DNA of 62,880 bases, the filler included, from Circinaria calcarea (lineage: Eukaryota): assembly GCA_051942165.1 (NCBI GenBank). It is 8 parts of 8 records of this genome, joined end to end, with 100 filler letters (N's around TTAATTAATTAA, not from the genome) between each part and the next. Parts side by side here need not be neighbours in the genome. Positions count along the whole stretch, not along the records: positions 55,129 to 62,880 come from JAVECS010001256.1; 7 more parts are not named here. One strand, given 5' to 3'. Below the pieces are notes generated by a model that did no database searches, had not been told where the DNA came from, and saw only the letters and a program-made list of their open reading frames with translations. Both the position numbers and the translations under genes were made by a program. Of the stretch, positions 60,516 to 62,880 are shown one piece after another; the first letter of the stretch is position 1; each line of letters starts with the position of its first letter.

Positions 60516-61369
60516 ATGGAAGTTTTGGTACTCGGCCTCTGTCGGACGGGGACAACTTGTAGGCAAAGCTGGTCGACCTAGCAAAAGGGACTTTTCGCTG
60601 ATGTATACAAAGCAATGACAGTAGCGTTGCAAGATCTTGGCTATCAGAATGTATACCACATGAGAACTGCCTATGCGAGTGAAAGGGATGTCGAACAGTG
60701 GATAAAAGCCCTGGAAGCCAAATACGAAGCCAAGGGAGCTCCATTCACCAGAGAACAGTGGGATCAGCTACTCGGCCAATATAAGGTATTTGGATTCCCC
60801 CCTCTACGCTAGTAATAACATCGTCGCAGGCGGTCACAGATATCCCTTGCGCATTCTTCGCCGAAGAGCTTATTGAAGCATATCCGGAGGCCAAGGTGAT
60901 TTTGACGACTAGAAGTCCAGACAGCTGGTACGGATCAATGATGCAAACAGCATGGGCCGTTTACCAAGACCGTCTGCGTTGGATTGCCGCCAAGTTCGAT
61001 GGTCCGACTTCGCGACGGCGACGCTTGAGCGACTTGTTCTTCCAGCATTTCTTTCGAAACGATTTCCCACGCTTAGGTAAGACAGTCTTCATCGAACACA
61101 ATGATAACGTCCGGAGGCTTGTGCCACCGGAACGTTTCCTCGAGCATCAAGCCAGAGACGGCTGGGATCCTCTATGCAAGTTTCTGGGAAAGGAAGTCCC
61201 TCGGAATACACCCTACCCCAAAACAAATGACGTGAAGACGTTCCGTGCAAGATTTGAAGCGATGAATCGGGATGTCTTCAATCAGGTCATGAAAGCAGTA
61301 ACCACCAAAGCGATACCAGTGTTACTGGTCGCTAGCATAATATGCTGGAAAGCGTGGGGGAAGACATGA
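60516..61369 (+). CDS. P-loop sulfotransferase-like protein (often annotated as NAD-dependent epimerase), 3 exons
   Basis: MEVLVLGLCRTGT, LGYQNVYHM, AVTDIPC..F.EEL..AYPEAKVILTTR..DSWYGS, HNDNVRRLVPPERFL and DGWDPLCKFLGKEVP. Confidence 0.88.
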
Positions 61370-61506
61370 TATTCCGGGATTTGTTTTACAACTATTCCCA
61401 GTGGTTGATTCAGTGGCTAAATTAGAATGCAGCCAAGTCCGGAAAAGACATATTTTGTCCAGAGTAATGTCCAGATATCTCATATCTAGCGTCGACTCAT
61501 GAATTC

Positions 61507-62662
61507 TTAGGATTGTTTTCTTGCAATGACAGTAACCCGGTCCTGATTAATCGCCACGCCTCTCCTACACTCTGCATCTGCTTTGCCAAGGCTTTCTCGG
61601 AGGGCTTGCCCTCGACCTTCACCCAGACGGTCTAAAGCTCGATAACTCATCTCGTCAAGTGCTAGTAGGATAACGTCATTGTGTAGCAGTATGTGACTAA
61701 GTTCCGTCTCTTTTCGATGCTCGATCACATCAATCAAGCCGCTTTCACGGAAAGTTTTCGAGAGATCGGCGACCCATCTAGGAAATTTAGAATCTGCAAG
61801 TAGAACCATTGGATTAAAAAGGGGATTTCTCACGTTGGGTGCATACGGGCATCTTTCTGCCCAGTCGTAGCATTGATCGCGACTGTTAGGTTTTCAGAAG
61901 AGTTGGATGGTTGGGCGTGGACGATGCTATAAACAAGTCTAGACTGCGGTCTCGCGACAGACTTTGAAAGTTTGAGCTACTCACTATCTAGAAGCAAGGT
62001 CGTATTCACCCCACTGGATATAGCCTCCCGGCTCTACCGGTGTTTCCTTGGTCAGCGAATCTATGCCGTATAGATATTTTCCACGATCCAACGGGGAATA
62101 AATCGAAATACATACTGAGCATTCGGATAAAGTTTTTCAAGATAGGTGTTGGGTCATTGTTCTGGACAATAAGAAGAAAGAGTCGAGCATGGATAACATC
62201 ATACTTCCCAACCAAATCATCTGGAAGTTCTTCGAATACATCGAGTTTATACATGTTCACATTCTTAGGTAACCACTCTTTCGGTGGAGATTGGGAGAGG
62301 TCGATATCGAAGCCATCCAGCTGAGCAGAGGATGACAGATCTCTGGCCAACTCGAGAAGCCAAATCCTGTCTCGCCACCATTTTCATCAGCTCTGAACCA
62401 TACATCGTGCGGCGAAATAGCCGCGAAAAATAGGGAACGCATACCCTGTTCCGGTACCGACATCGGCGATTTTGATCTCTGGATTTGACGTTGGAATACT
62501 CGGGTGTAGATTGTACCCGAGCTGATCTTTCCAGAAAAAGTGCTGCAAATTTAACCTGTACGGGATTAATTGAGGCGCAATATGACATGGCGGAAAGTAG
62601 CCAGACCTCGCACTCCCCTGGTAGCCCCTGACCAACATGTAATCGTCTGAGTTGCTCACCAT
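61507..62662 (-). CDS. SAM-dependent methyltransferase (class I, fungal LaeA/UMTA-like group), multi-exon
   Basis: RLNLQHFFWK, KIADVGTGTG, QLDGFDI, GKYDVIHARL and PGGYIQW-type motif. Confidence 0.88.
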
Positions 62663-62880
62663 TGTTTATGCTTGAAGACTGAACAATGGCAAGTGGAAAT
62701 CCATAGAAGCAACCTTTTGACGTCTTACCTGGACCCTTTCACGCGCTTGACAAAAAACTTTGCAACCCCCGACCGTAACTTCTCGCTAAACAATAACCTC
62801 TAACTTTGTAGGACCCCTCTAATGCTGGTGGTCCTGCGCCTGAATCTTAGGCTGGAAGGGTCAGTAACTACGGCTGGGGG

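Overview
This is eukaryotic DNA from a filamentous ascomycete (Pezizomycotina-type genes with short GT-AG introns and CTRAC branch sites; a lichen-forming fungus is plausible but not provable here). It is not one locus. Eight contigs of 7789, 7786, 7779, 7777, 7775, 7767, 7755 and 7752 bp, sorted by size, are joined by seven identical artificial 100-bp spacers (N44-TTAATTAATTAA-N44). Gene content by contig: (1) OPT transporter, SNF5; (2) start of an NRPS-like gene, a chimeric NLR-like gene, an unknown ORF; (3) EAF3, NKP2/CNL2, SNF2 helicase; (4) APC2, GUP1, ARP4; (5) YBP1-like gene, a hidden micro-gene, phospholipase D; (6) F-box/LRR-like protein, RA-PH protein, DHA1 MFS; (7) unknown S/P/R-rich protein, Srk1/Rck2 kinase; (8) HOL1-like MFS, PTH11-like receptor, sulfotransferase-like P-loop protein, methyltransferase. 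The top discovery is absent from the ORF track: a spliced 40-aa micro-gene at 34705-34908 (-), MSPINYTASAPAAPVSSSAAQDQEQPKDARGNPYYGCTVM*. It has a C-terminal CaaX box, a TATA box, a 5'-UTR intron and upstream HMG-box-like sites, making it a strong candidate a-factor-type lipopeptide mating pheromone. Other notable items are an NLR with NB-ARC + TPR + ankyrin + a large C-terminal domain and no N-terminal effector, and stop-free in-frame introns (exitron-like) in EAF3 (840 nt) and PLD (162 nt).
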